64,000 nt of DNA. Source: Halobacteriales archaeon. GTDB taxonomy: Archaea > Halobacteriota > Halobacteria > Halobacteriales > Hikarchaeaceae. The first letter of the stretch is position 1. Each line of letters starts with the position of its first letter. The translations under genes were made by a program, and so were the position numbers. Below are positions 56,667-64,000 of this stretch, in pieces. The notes below the pieces were generated by a model, which had not been told where the DNA came from, did no database searches, and saw only the letters and a program-made list of their open reading frames with translations. Location: contig JAXHME010000026.1 in assembly GCA_034521615.1 (NCBI GenBank), positions 99,477-163,476 on the forward strand. The letters run 5' to 3'.

Positions 56667-57178
56667 GCGGTGAGCTGATGGCTGGCGTCGTCGTAGGCGA
56701 GGGCTGCGTGGGCGATAGCGAGATTCTCACGGGCGGTTCGCCACCTGCTGAGATCGTCCCAACCCTCCGTTTCGTCGGCGGAGAGCTGCTGGGCGAGTTC
56801 TTCCGGTGACACTACGTCGTATCGGTCCTCATAGCGACGAATCTCGGCTTTCATTTGTTTGATGCCGTCGAGAAGCGTGTCACGGTCGGCCTCTTCGCGG
56901 AGTTCGCGAATGCGGGACATGAGGACGCGATCGGTGTTTCGCTTGTAGAGGGTCGTCTGACCGTCGGCCTCCGTCTCCGCAAACCCGGTATTGACAAGCG
57001 CGTTGCAGTGTCGACGAGCGGTCGGCTCACTCACGAGTGCGCGCTCGGCAATCTCCGCCGCGGATTGTCCCTCGTGCGTCTGCTCGACGATTTCATAGAC
57101 GCGCTCGAACGGCGTCGTTTCGGCCTTCCACTCCGCCTTCACGTGTTCGTTGACGTCATCCCAGGTTTCGGCGGTCAT
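56663..57178 (-). CDS. HTH DNA-binding protein, putative antitoxin/regulator
   Basis: Start at MTAETWDDV (ATG 57178). The wHTH is QSAAEIAERALVSEPTARRHCNALVNTGFAE. The C-terminus is coiled-coil. An AT-rich promoter region lies upstream (57190-57235). Confidence 0.6.
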   Translation of the reverse strand: MTAETWDDVNEHVKAEWKAETTPFERVYEIVEQTHEGQSAAEIAERALVSEPTARRHCNALVNTGFAETEADGQTTLYKRNTDRVLMSRIRELREEADRDTLLDGIKQMKAEIRRYEDRYDVVSPEELAQQLSADETEGWDDLSRWRTARENLAIAHAALAYDDASHQLTA

Positions 57179-57349
57179 GCAGGTCACCACGTGCCAGAAC
57201 AACAAATAATTTCCTCAAGAAACTATGTATAATGGGTCGATTTCGCATACGTCAATCAAATCGTCCCACTGAGACCCGACACTACCCGACGGGTCCCTCA
57301 TTTCAATGAGCCCTCCGGGAACACATTTTACCCGTAAAACTGATGCGTT

Positions 57350-57363
57350 AATCCGGTCCCACG
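57350..57363. repeat. attR-like copy of the tRNA-Leu 3'-end repeat
   Basis: AATCCGGTCCCACG is identical to 56070-56083. Confidence 0.8.
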
Positions 57364-57604
57364 TATCACCGATTGCTCCACTCGCCGACCTCGCCGAGCG
57401 GTTGCCGCGTCGCCACGACCTTGGTGGCATCGAGTCGCTCCGGGAGCCGTCGACGAGGGCCGCACGATACGATCATCCTCGTAAATACCCCACCTCATGA
57501 TGGGTTTCCACTAAGCTCCCCGCTAACGGTTTGGTACCAAATTTCAACAAGATTTATTACGAAGTGAAAACATAGCATTGACCGGAATCAGGGTGATCGA
57601 TAAG

Positions 57605-57986
57605 ATGGCCCTGCCGACGAATCCAGCCGAGTTCGTGGACGCGAGCGTACGGGCTTTGCACGAGGAACCAGCTCTTCTCGACCGGCGCCGACGACTACGA
57701 ACTGTACGAACAGGACGACGAGTTCGTCCTGAGCGTCGAGCTGCCGGGCTTCGACCGCGAGGAGATCACGCTCTCGTGGGACGACGGCCTGCTCAACATC
57801 GCCGCCGAGCACGAGGACGACGCCCGCGGCCGACGCAAGACGTATCACCGTCGGTTCCGGTTCCCGAAGAACGTCGACGACGAGGAGATCGCCGCGAGCT
57901 ACCGCAACGGCGTCCTCGAGGTCACGCTGCCGGTGATGACCGGCGCGGCCGTGACCGACGACGAGGAGATACCGATCGAGGGCTGA
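57605..57986 (+). pseudogene. hsp20: Hsp20/alpha-crystallin small heat-shock protein, frame broken near 57680-57690
   Basis: MALPTNPAEFVDASVRALHEEPALLD is followed in the +1 frame by GADDYELYEQDDEFVLSVELPGFDREEITLSWDDGLLNIAAEHE...YRNGVLEVTLPV...* (TGA 57984-57986). An AT-rich promoter with ATTTATTA lies at 57551-57558. Confidence 0.8.
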
Positions 57987-58052
57987 CGGCCTGAGGGGCC
58001 CCACCGGCCCCCAACGAAAGCGCTTTTTCGGCCCCGCGGGGAGCGGGTGGTG

Positions 58053-59243
58053 ATGACCGCCTCGCGCGCCGCCGCGGAGCCGGACGTGACGTCGTTCGAG
58101 GCCGCGGTCGCGGCCGTCGACGGCCGGGACCTCGTCCTCGAGGAGACCTACTTCTACCCGGAGGGCGGCGGCCAGCCGGCCGACCGCGGCACGGTCGCCG
58201 GCGTCCCCGTCGCCGACGTCCAGGGGCGCGATGGCGACGTGGTCCACATCCTCGAGGCCCATCCGGACGTCGAGCCCGGCGAGACCGTCGCCGCCGAGGT
58301 CGACCCCGCCTTTCGCACCTACTGCCGCCGGGCCCACACCGCCAGCCACGTGCTCTACGGCGCCGGCCGCCGGCTGCTCGACGACCTCGGCTACGGCGGC
58401 TTCGGCATCACGCCCGAGAAGGTGCGCGTCGACTTCGAGACCGCCACGACGATCGACGACGGCGTGCTCGTCGACCTCGAGCGGCTGGTCAACCGGGCGG
58501 TCTGGGACGCCCGCCCGGTCTCGTGGGAGGTCCGCGGGGCCGACGACGCGCTCGACGACCCGGAGATCGCCTTCAACACCAAGACCGAGGAGGGCATCGC
58601 GGGCGACGACGTCCGGGTCGTGACCGTCGAGGGCTGGGACGTCGCCGCCTGCGGCGGCACCCACGTGGCCAACACGGTCGAGATCGGCCCGGTGGCGCTG
58701 CTGGATCGCTCGAACCCCGGCGAGGGGCTCACGCGGGTGGAGTTCACCGTCGGCCCCGACGGCATCGGCCACCGGGCCGGCGAGAAGCGCGCGCTGCTCG
58801 ACGCCGCGAGCGCGCTCGGCACGGGCGCCATGGACGTCCCCGAGGAGGTCGGCCGGCTGCGCGACCGGGTCGGCGAGCTCGAGGGGACGGTCGCCGAGCT
58901 CGAGGAGCAGCTCGCCGGCGCCCGCCTCGAGGAGCTGCGCGAGGAGGTCGTCGAGCGCGACGGCCGCGACTGGCTCGTCGGCGCCGTCGACGGCCTGGAC
59001 GCGAACGCGCTCGGCGAGCACGCCCAGGCGCTCGCGGGCGACGCGGCCGACGTGGTGGCGCTGGTCGGCCGGGACGGCCGGACGTTCGTCGTGGTCGCCG
59101 ACGCCGGCGACGGCGACGCCGCGGCCGTCGTCGAGGCGGTCACCGACGAGTTCGGCGGCGGGGGCGGCGGCTCCCCGCGCTTCGCCCAGGGCGGCGGCAT
59201 CGACGCCGAGCCCGGCGCCGTCGTCGGCGCCCTCCGGAACTGA
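58053..59243 (+). CDS. alaX: Alanyl-tRNA editing protein AlaX-L (AlaRS editing domain plus DHHA1)
   Basis: It has YFYPEGGGQP.D.G, HTASHV, CGGTHV and the C-terminal GGGGGSPRFAQGGG. Confidence 0.8.
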   Translation: MTASRAAAEPDVTSFEAAVAAVDGRDLVLEETYFYPEGGGQPADRGTVAGVPVADVQGRDGDVVHILEAHPDVEPGETVAAEVDPAFRTYCRRAHTASHVLYGAGRRLLDDLGYGGFGITPEKVRVDFETATTIDDGVLVDLERLVNRAVWDARPVSWEVRGADDALDDPEIAFNTKTEEGIAGDDVRVVTVEGWDVAACGGTHVANTVEIGPVALLDRSNPGEGLTRVEFTVGPDGIGHRAGEKRALLDAASALGTGAMDVPEEVGRLRDRVGELEGTVAELEEQLAGARLEELREEVVERDGRDWLVGAVDGLDANALGEHAQALAGDAADVVALVGRDGRTFVVVADAGDGDAAAVVEAVTDEFGGGGGGSPRFAQGGGIDAEPGAVVGALRN

Positions 59244-59246
59244 GGC

Positions 59247-59711
59247 TCAGCTTCCGTCGGCGGGCCGGATCCGGACCTCGCCGTCCGCCGCGACCGTGAC
59301 CTCGACCGGCCGGACGAGCTGCCGGCTGTCGAGCGCGTCGCGCGCCGACTCGGTGAGCCGCTCGATGACGCCGACGGCCGAGAGCCGCACCTTCAGGTCC
59401 GCGGCGTCGGCGGCGCCGTAGATGCGGTCGGGGATCTCGTAGACGTCCGTGCCGGCCTCGATCGTCAGCCGGACCGGCGCCCGGAGCGTGTCGACGAGCT
59501 CGACCGTGCCCCGGGCCTTGCGGACGTTCTCGCGGGCGCTGGCCTCGATCCCCGCGACGTTCGCCCGCGACGTCCCCAGCCGGTCGGCGATGTCGGCCTG
59601 GGAGACCCCGCGCTCCCGGAGCGCGAGCACCCCGGCCTGCCGGCGGGTGAGGACGCTCTCCTCGGCGTCGAAGCCGGCCCGGTCGAGCAGCGCGTCGGCG
59701 TCCTCGGTCAC
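59247..59711 (-). CDS. tfx: Tfx-family DNA-binding transcription regulator
   Basis: 154 aa. The N-terminal HTH reads LTRRQAGVLALRERGVSQADIADRLGTSRANVAGIEASARENVRKAR. Confidence 0.75.
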   Translation of the reverse strand: MTEDADALLDRAGFDAEESVLTRRQAGVLALRERGVSQADIADRLGTSRANVAGIEASARENVRKARGTVELVDTLRAPVRLTIEAGTDVYEIPDRIYGAADAADLKVRLSAVGVIERLTESARDALDSRQLVRPVEVTVAADGEVRIRPADGS

Positions 59712-59806
59712 GGCCCGGGCGACGCCGACGTAAGGGATAACGGTTACGCCGGGCGGGTCGAGCGGCGTCGCGAAGCGTTTAGGCCGCCGCCCGACAACGC
59801 CCGCCC

Positions 59807-60934
59807 ATGCAGCTGTCCGGCGAGCAGCGGGCCGTCCGGGACCTGGTCCGCGAGTTCGCGGCCGAGGAGATCGCGCCGTCGGCCGCCGAGCGCGACCGGG
59901 AGCAGTCGTTCCCGGAGGACGTCTGGGACGGCCTGGCCGAGCTCGACCTCACCGCGATGACGGTGCCCGAGGAGTACGGCGGGCTCGACGTCGACCGGCT
60001 GACCTACAGCCTGATCTGCGAGGAGCTCGCCGGGGGGAGCCTCGCGGTCGCCACCGCGCTGGGCGTCCACGCGCTGGCGACCTCGTGCATCGCGGAGTTC
60101 GGGAGCGAGGCGCAGGCCGAGCGCTGGCTGCCCGACATGGCCGGGGGCCGCCCGGTCGGGGCGTTCGCGCTCTCCGAACCCGAAGCCGGCTCGAACCCCG
60201 CGGGGATGTCGACCGTCGCGAGCCGCGAGGGCGAGGAGTACGTCATCGACGGCGAGAAGCAGTGGATCACGAACGGCGCGCGGTCGGACGTGGTGGTGCT
60301 GTTCGCGAAGACCGACCCCGACGACCCGGGCTCGGTCACCCAGTTCGTCGTCCCGAAGTCGGTCGACGGGCTCGCGGTCGGCGAGGCGGAGGACAAGCTC
60401 GGGCTCCGCGCGAGCGACACCACCTCGCTCACGTTCGACGGCGTCCGGATCCCCGCCGAGAACCGCCTCACGCCCGAGGGCGAGGGGCTCTCGGCGGCGC
60501 TCAAGATCCTCACCGGCGGCCGCATCGGGGTGGCCGCTCAGGCCGTCGGGCTCGCCCAGGCCGCCCTCGACGACGCCGTCGACTACGTCGGCGAGCGCGA
60601 GCAGTTCGGCGGCCCCATCGGCGACATCCAGACGGTCCGGCACAAGCTCGCCGAGATGGAGACGCAGGTCCGCGCCGGCCGGGCGTTGACCCGGCAGGCG
60701 GCCCGCCTGGAGGACGCCGGCGAGGACGTCCGCCACGAGGCCAGCGTCGCGAAGCTGTTCGCCTCCGAGGCCGCGGTCGACGTCGCCAACGAGGCGGTCC
60801 AGCTCCACGGCGGCTACGGCTACACCACGGAGTTCGACGTCGAGCGCTACTACCGCGACGCGAAGGTCACGACCATCTACGAGGGGACGAGCCAGATCCA
60901 GCGGACCGTCATCGCCCGCGAGCTGCTCGACTGA
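59807..60934 (+). CDS. Acyl-CoA dehydrogenase
   Basis: 375 aa. It has FALSEPEAGSNPAGM, KQWITNG, QLHGGYGYTTEF.VERYYRDAKVTTIYEGTSQIQ. Confidence 0.9.
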   Translation: MQLSGEQRAVRDLVREFAAEEIAPSAAERDREQSFPEDVWDGLAELDLTAMTVPEEYGGLDVDRLTYSLICEELAGGSLAVATALGVHALATSCIAEFGSEAQAERWLPDMAGGRPVGAFALSEPEAGSNPAGMSTVASREGEEYVIDGEKQWITNGARSDVVVLFAKTDPDDPGSVTQFVVPKSVDGLAVGEAEDKLGLRASDTTSLTFDGVRIPAENRLTPEGEGLSAALKILTGGRIGVAAQAVGLAQAALDDAVDYVGEREQFGGPIGDIQTVRHKLAEMETQVRAGRALTRQAARLEDAGEDVRHEASVAKLFASEAAVDVANEAVQLHGGYGYTTEFDVERYYRDAKVTTIYEGTSQIQRTVIARELLD

Positions 60935-61069
60935 GCGACCGGCCTACGGGTGGACGCCGAAGTCGAGGGGGCCCAACGCCCACGAGATCAGCTCATAAGC
61001 GCTGAGAGACCCGAGGCGAGCATCGGTCATCGTCAACAGAGCTAACCGGTTCCTTCCGTTGGCACGCCT

Positions 61070-61555
61070 GTGGAACGAGTCACGATCGACGAGGTCGACA
61101 ATCGAGTGAACCCGCTGCAGGTACACGACGTGCGCCGCCCGGTATCGCGGGCGCTCGGCGTCGAGCACTTCGCGATGAACTACTTCGAACTCGGCCCGGG
61201 AGACTCCTTCTCGGGCGGCCTCCACCGACATCTCGACCAGGAGGAGGTCTTCTACATCGAGACCGGAACCGCCATCTTCGAGGTCGGTCGCGAGCGGGAG
61301 AAACACCGGGTCGAGGCCGGCGAGCTCATCCGGTTCGAACCCGGCGAGTACCAGATGGGGTACGCCGCCGAAGACGGCGAGGGCGTGGTCGGCTGGGCGC
61401 TCGGGGCGCCGGGCGCGAGCCACGACTGGGAGCAGCTCGAATCGCTCGTCTACTGCCGTGAGTGCGACGAGGAACGGGCGCACTCGACGAGGCTCACCGA
61501 GGAGGGACGGTTCCACCTCACCTGCCTCGAGTGTGGTGCTGAGGTGGGGGGTTAG
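61070..61555 (+). CDS. Cupin-domain protein with a C-terminal zinc ribbon
   Basis: GTG start. The cupin motifs are GGLHRHLDQEEVFYIETG...GELIRFEPGE. The C-terminus reads CRECDEE...LTCLECG. Confidence 0.65.
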   Translation: MERVTIDEVDNRVNPLQVHDVRRPVSRALGVEHFAMNYFELGPGDSFSGGLHRHLDQEEVFYIETGTAIFEVGREREKHRVEAGELIRFEPGEYQMGYAAEDGEGVVGWALGAPGASHDWEQLESLVYCRECDEERAHSTRLTEEGRFHLTCLECGAEVGG

Positions 61556-61689
61556 CCCACGGCGTCGGTAGCGGGACCGGCCCGCACCACTACTCCGTCC
61601 GCCCAGTTCTCGGGCGTCGCTCGGCCACGATCCGCATCGATGACGGGGAGACCGAAGCCCCCTTGGCGAACCGCCCGGGTACTCCGCAT

Positions 61690-62244
61690 ATGACCCCAGA
61701 GATTCCCGACGACGTCGCGGCCGTCGTCTACGACCTCGACGGCACGCTGGTGCGGCTCGCCGTCGACTGGGCGGCCGTCGCCGAGGAGCTTCGTGGTCGA
61801 TTCGCCGAGGCGGCTGTCGACGCCGCCGAATGGACGGTCTGGGACTGCTACGAGCGGGCCGACGAGCACGGGCTGGCCGCGATGGTTGCGGACGTGCTGG
61901 CCGAGCGCGAGCTCGACGGCGCGGCCGACGCCGAACGGCTCCCCGCCGCGAACGACCTGGCGGGACTCGAGGTCCCGATCGGCGTCTGTTCGCTGAACTC
62001 CGAGGCCGCGTGCCGGGCGGCGCTGGAGCGCCACGGCCTCGCCGACGACGTCGACGCCGTGGTCGGCCGGGACACCGTCGGCCCCGTGAAGCCCGACCCC
62101 GCGCCGCTGCTGGCGGCCGTCGAGGCGCTGGGCGTCGAGCCCGCCGAGGCGTTCTATATCGGGAACCGCGAGAAGGACCTGGAGACGGCCCGCCGGGCGG
62201 GCGTGCCGTTCGCGTACGTGAGCGGCGACGGCCCGACCGAGTAG
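61690..62244 (+). CDS. HAD-superfamily hydrolase (phosphoglycolate phosphatase-like)
   Basis: Start at MTPEIPDD (ATG 61690). It has VVYDLDGTLV, CSLNS, VKPDP and IGNREKDLETA. Confidence 0.75.
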   Translation: MTPEIPDDVAAVVYDLDGTLVRLAVDWAAVAEELRGRFAEAAVDAAEWTVWDCYERADEHGLAAMVADVLAERELDGAADAERLPAANDLAGLEVPIGVCSLNSEAACRAALERHGLADDVDAVVGRDTVGPVKPDPAPLLAAVEALGVEPAEAFYIGNREKDLETARRAGVPFAYVSGDGPTE

Positions 62245-62250
62245 CCGGCC

Positions 62251-63022
62251 TCAGCGGCCCGCGAGGAAGCCGCTCACGGCCTCGTTGAACGCCTCGGGAC
62301 GCTCGAGCATCGAGAGGTGGGCCGCGCCCTCGATCGTCGTCCACTCGCCCCGCGGGAGGTTCTCGGCGAGGTACTCGTGGTAGGCCGGCGGCGTGAGCTC
62401 GTCGGCGCGCGCCGGTCAGCGCGAGCGTCGGCGTGTCGATCTCCGAGAGCCGGTCGCGGATGTCGAACGTGTGGGAGGTGCGGAAGTCCCGCTCGAGCAC
62501 CCGCGCTCCCGCCTCCCGCAGTTCGGCCGCCGCCGCGTCCAGGTACCGCGGGTCGTCGGAGGCGAGCAGCCGGTTCGGCCCGAGCAGGAAGTCGACCGCG
62601 CGGTCGAAGTCGCTGCCGAGCCAGCCGAGCAGGTCGGCGCGTACCCCGAGCTTCGCCCCCGTGCCGACGAGGACGAGCGCCGCCGGGTCGAGATCGCCCT
62701 CGAGCGCGACCTGCATGGCCACCGCCCCGCCGAGCGAGTTCCCGCAGAGCACCCGTGCGCCGGTCGCGTCGGCGACGGCCTCGACGTCGGCCGCGTACGC
62801 CGCGAGCGTCTCGGGACCGGCGGGCGTCCCGCAGTCCTCGGAGTCGCCGTGGCCGCTGAGGTCGAGCGCGGCGACGGGACGCTCGGTCGCGAGCCGGTGC
62901 TGGGCCCGCCAGACCCCGTGGCTGCCGCCGCTGCCGTGGATGCAGAGGAGCCCCGCCCCCTCGCCCCCGCGGTCAGAAACCTCGTAGGCGGTCCGCCGTC
63001 CGTCGTGTCGGACCGTCTCCAT
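62251..63022 (-). pseudogene. Alpha/beta hydrolase, frame broken near 62404-62414
   Basis: It reads METVRHDGRRTAYEV...LLCIHGSGGS...GNSLGGAVAM...IDTPTLALTG. The +1 frame then gives DELTPPAYHEYLAENLPRGEWTTIEGAAHLSMLERPEAFNEAVSGFLAGR* (stop 62251-62253). Confidence 0.7.
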
Positions 63023-63150
63023 GGGCCGCCTTGCGCCGGCAGCGACATAGCCGTTCGGCCGGCGACGGCCGCGGTAGTACACCTGTGGACCACTAACAAT
63101 GAAATATTATCTCACCCCGTCGCTGTCATCCGTTTCGTCGTCGAAAGGTT

Positions 63151-63156
63151 TTTATA
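63151..63156 (+). promoter_or_regulatory. TATA-like box (TTTATA) upstream of the 63190 gene / cdc48 operon
   Basis: It lies in the AT-rich stretch AAAGGTTTTTATAGTAAAAC, about 35 nt upstream of ATG 63190. Confidence 0.35.
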
Positions 63157-63189
63157 GTAAAACGGCTTACCCTGGGTAAGGACCACCCC

Positions 63190-63420
63190 ATGCAACTCGA
63201 ACAACTCGTCGAGGAGGGCATCGCCCGCCGCTACGACTACGACGACCGCACCGTGTTCGCCGCCGACTTCGGCGCCGGCGTCGCGCCGGCGGTCGACGTG
63301 GTCGATGACACGGTCATCGTCGTCACCGACGACGGCCGCCAGCGCGAGCTCGAGCTCCCCGCCGGCGAGGCACGAGCCTTTAATCGGAACGGCGTCGTCA
63401 CGGTCGAGGTACGACCATGA
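63190..63420 (+). CDS. Small acidic protein preceding cdc48 (possibly Hsp20-like beta-sandwich)
   Basis: 76 aa. Its stop overlaps the cdc48 start (ATGA). It reads ...VIVVTDDGRQRELELPAGEARAFNRNGVVTVEV. Confidence 0.45.
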   Translation: MQLEQLVEEGIARRYDYDDRTVFAADFGAGVAPAVDVVDDTVIVVTDDGRQRELELPAGEARAFNRNGVVTVEVRP

Positions 63421-64000
63421 AGCTCACCGTCAAGCCCCTGAAGCAGAAGGACGCCGGCCGCGGCCTGGCGGCCCTCGACCCGCACGCCGCGGAGTCGCTC
63501 TCGGTCGAGAGCGGCGACTACATCGTCATCGAGGGCCGCGAGGGCGGCCGCGCCGTCGCCCGCGTCTGGCCCGGCTACCCCCAGGACGAGGGCCGGGGCG
63601 TCATCCGGATCGACGGCCGGCTCCGCCAGGAGGCGGACGTCGGCATCGACGACAAGGTCGAGGTCGAGCCCGCCGACGTCAAGCCGGCCGACCACGTCAC
63701 GGTCGCGCTCCCGCAGAACCTCCGGATCCAGGGCGACGTCCGCCCGCTGGTCCGCGAGAGCCTCTCGGGCCGCGCGGTCACGACGGGCCAGGACATCCGC
63801 GTGAACGTCGGCCTCATCGGCTTCGGCTCCCAGCAGGGCCTCCCGATGCGCATCGCCGAGACCTCGCCGACGGGCACCGTCGTCGTCAACGAGAGCACCG
63901 AGATCTCGATCTCCGAGCGCCCCGCCGAGGAGGTCCGCGGCGAGGCGCCCGGCGAGGCCGGCCAGCCCACCCCCGACATCGCCTACGAGGACATCGGCGG
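63417..64000 (+). CDS. cdc48: CDC48/VCP-type AAA+ ATPase, N-terminal part (continues beyond the window)
   Basis: ATG at 63417. It reads MKLTVKPLKQKDAGRGLAALDP...GDYIVIEG...VARVWPGYPQDEGRGVIRIDGRLRQEADVGIDDKVEV (double-psi barrel N domain) ...IAYEDIGG. The frame is open to the window end, so it is absent from the track. Confidence 0.9.
   Translation, partial: MKLTVKPLKQKDAGRGLAALDPHAAESLSVESGDYIVIEGREGGRAVARVWPGYPQDEGRGVIRIDGRLRQEADVGIDDKVEVEPADVKPADHVTVALPQNLRIQGDVRPLVRESLSGRAVTTGQDIRVNVGLIGFGSQQGLPMRIAETSPTGTVVVNESTEISISERPAEEVRGEAPGEAGQPTPDIAYEDIG

Larger units (their letters stand above)
56084..57363. mobile_element. Remnant integrated element / mini-island at tRNA-Leu(GAG), without an integrase
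   Basis: GC is visibly lower than the flanks. It starts at the tRNA 3' end, is bounded by the duplicated tRNA 3' segment, and contains only a two-gene TA-like cassette. Confidence 0.55.

Noticed and set aside
60944-61030. A 28-codon minus-strand ORF (MTDARLGSLSAYELISWALGPLDFGVHP) in a slightly AT-richer gap after the acyl-CoA dehydrogenase gene.
   Set aside because: It is the tail of a 712-aa junk ORF and has no motif. It is more likely promoter or spacer for the cupin gene.

Overview
This is a dense, very GC-rich archaeal chromosome segment with an acidic proteome. Gene content points to a haloarchaeon (class Halobacteria): halocyanin, Tat/lipobox proteins, an Lsm-L37e operon, Elp3, Tfx, Pelota, RqcH/NFACT, AlaX, CDC48, and TATA-like boxes about 25-30 nt upstream of many start codons. 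All calls were read by eye from the sequence and the ORF track; no searches or computations were run. I call about 75 protein genes and two tRNA-Leu genes. I found no rRNA, no CRISPR array and no intact integrase or transposase. Most content is housekeeping: AzlCD, a serine/glycine block (glyA, class-V aminotransferase, serB, serA), MutY, Lhr helicase, 2-oxoacid dehydrogenase E1 alpha/beta, acyl-CoA dehydrogenase, and AI-2E, MgtC/DUF4010 and ZIP transporters. Seven things deserve a second look. (1) A tight same-strand string at 10.5-15.7 kb holds a CHAT-like caspase-fold protein, a wHTH protein, an E1-like/YcaO fusion and a small wHTH protein, with no visible YcaO substrate or partner. This is my best candidate for an uncharacterised system. 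(2) Kynurenine-pathway genes sit in two loci: an IDO-type dioxygenase, kynureninase and a candidate formamidase at 21-24.7 kb, and 3-hydroxyanthranilate dioxygenase beside a PhtD-like decarboxylase and RidA at 7.7-9.8 kb. No kynurenine 3-monooxygenase is visible. (3) A 1.3-kb lower-GC mini-island abuts tRNA-Leu(GAG). It is bounded by a duplicated tRNA 3' end and carries a translationally coupled HTH/His-rich toxin-antitoxin-like pair. (4) A recombination scar contains a duplicated pelota 5' end and a diverged rqcH fragment, and it brackets the E1 alpha/beta genes. (5) A candidate small structured RNA with its own TATA box lies at 25.7 kb. (6) A convergent gene pair has lost both stop codons at one junction. 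(7) At least 15 single-base frame disruptions affect 13 genes, nearly all behaving as +1 insertions. These may be assembly error or real decay. Many long ORFs in the six-frame track are Arg/Pro/Gly-rich off-frame or antisense artefacts of the GC content and are not called.
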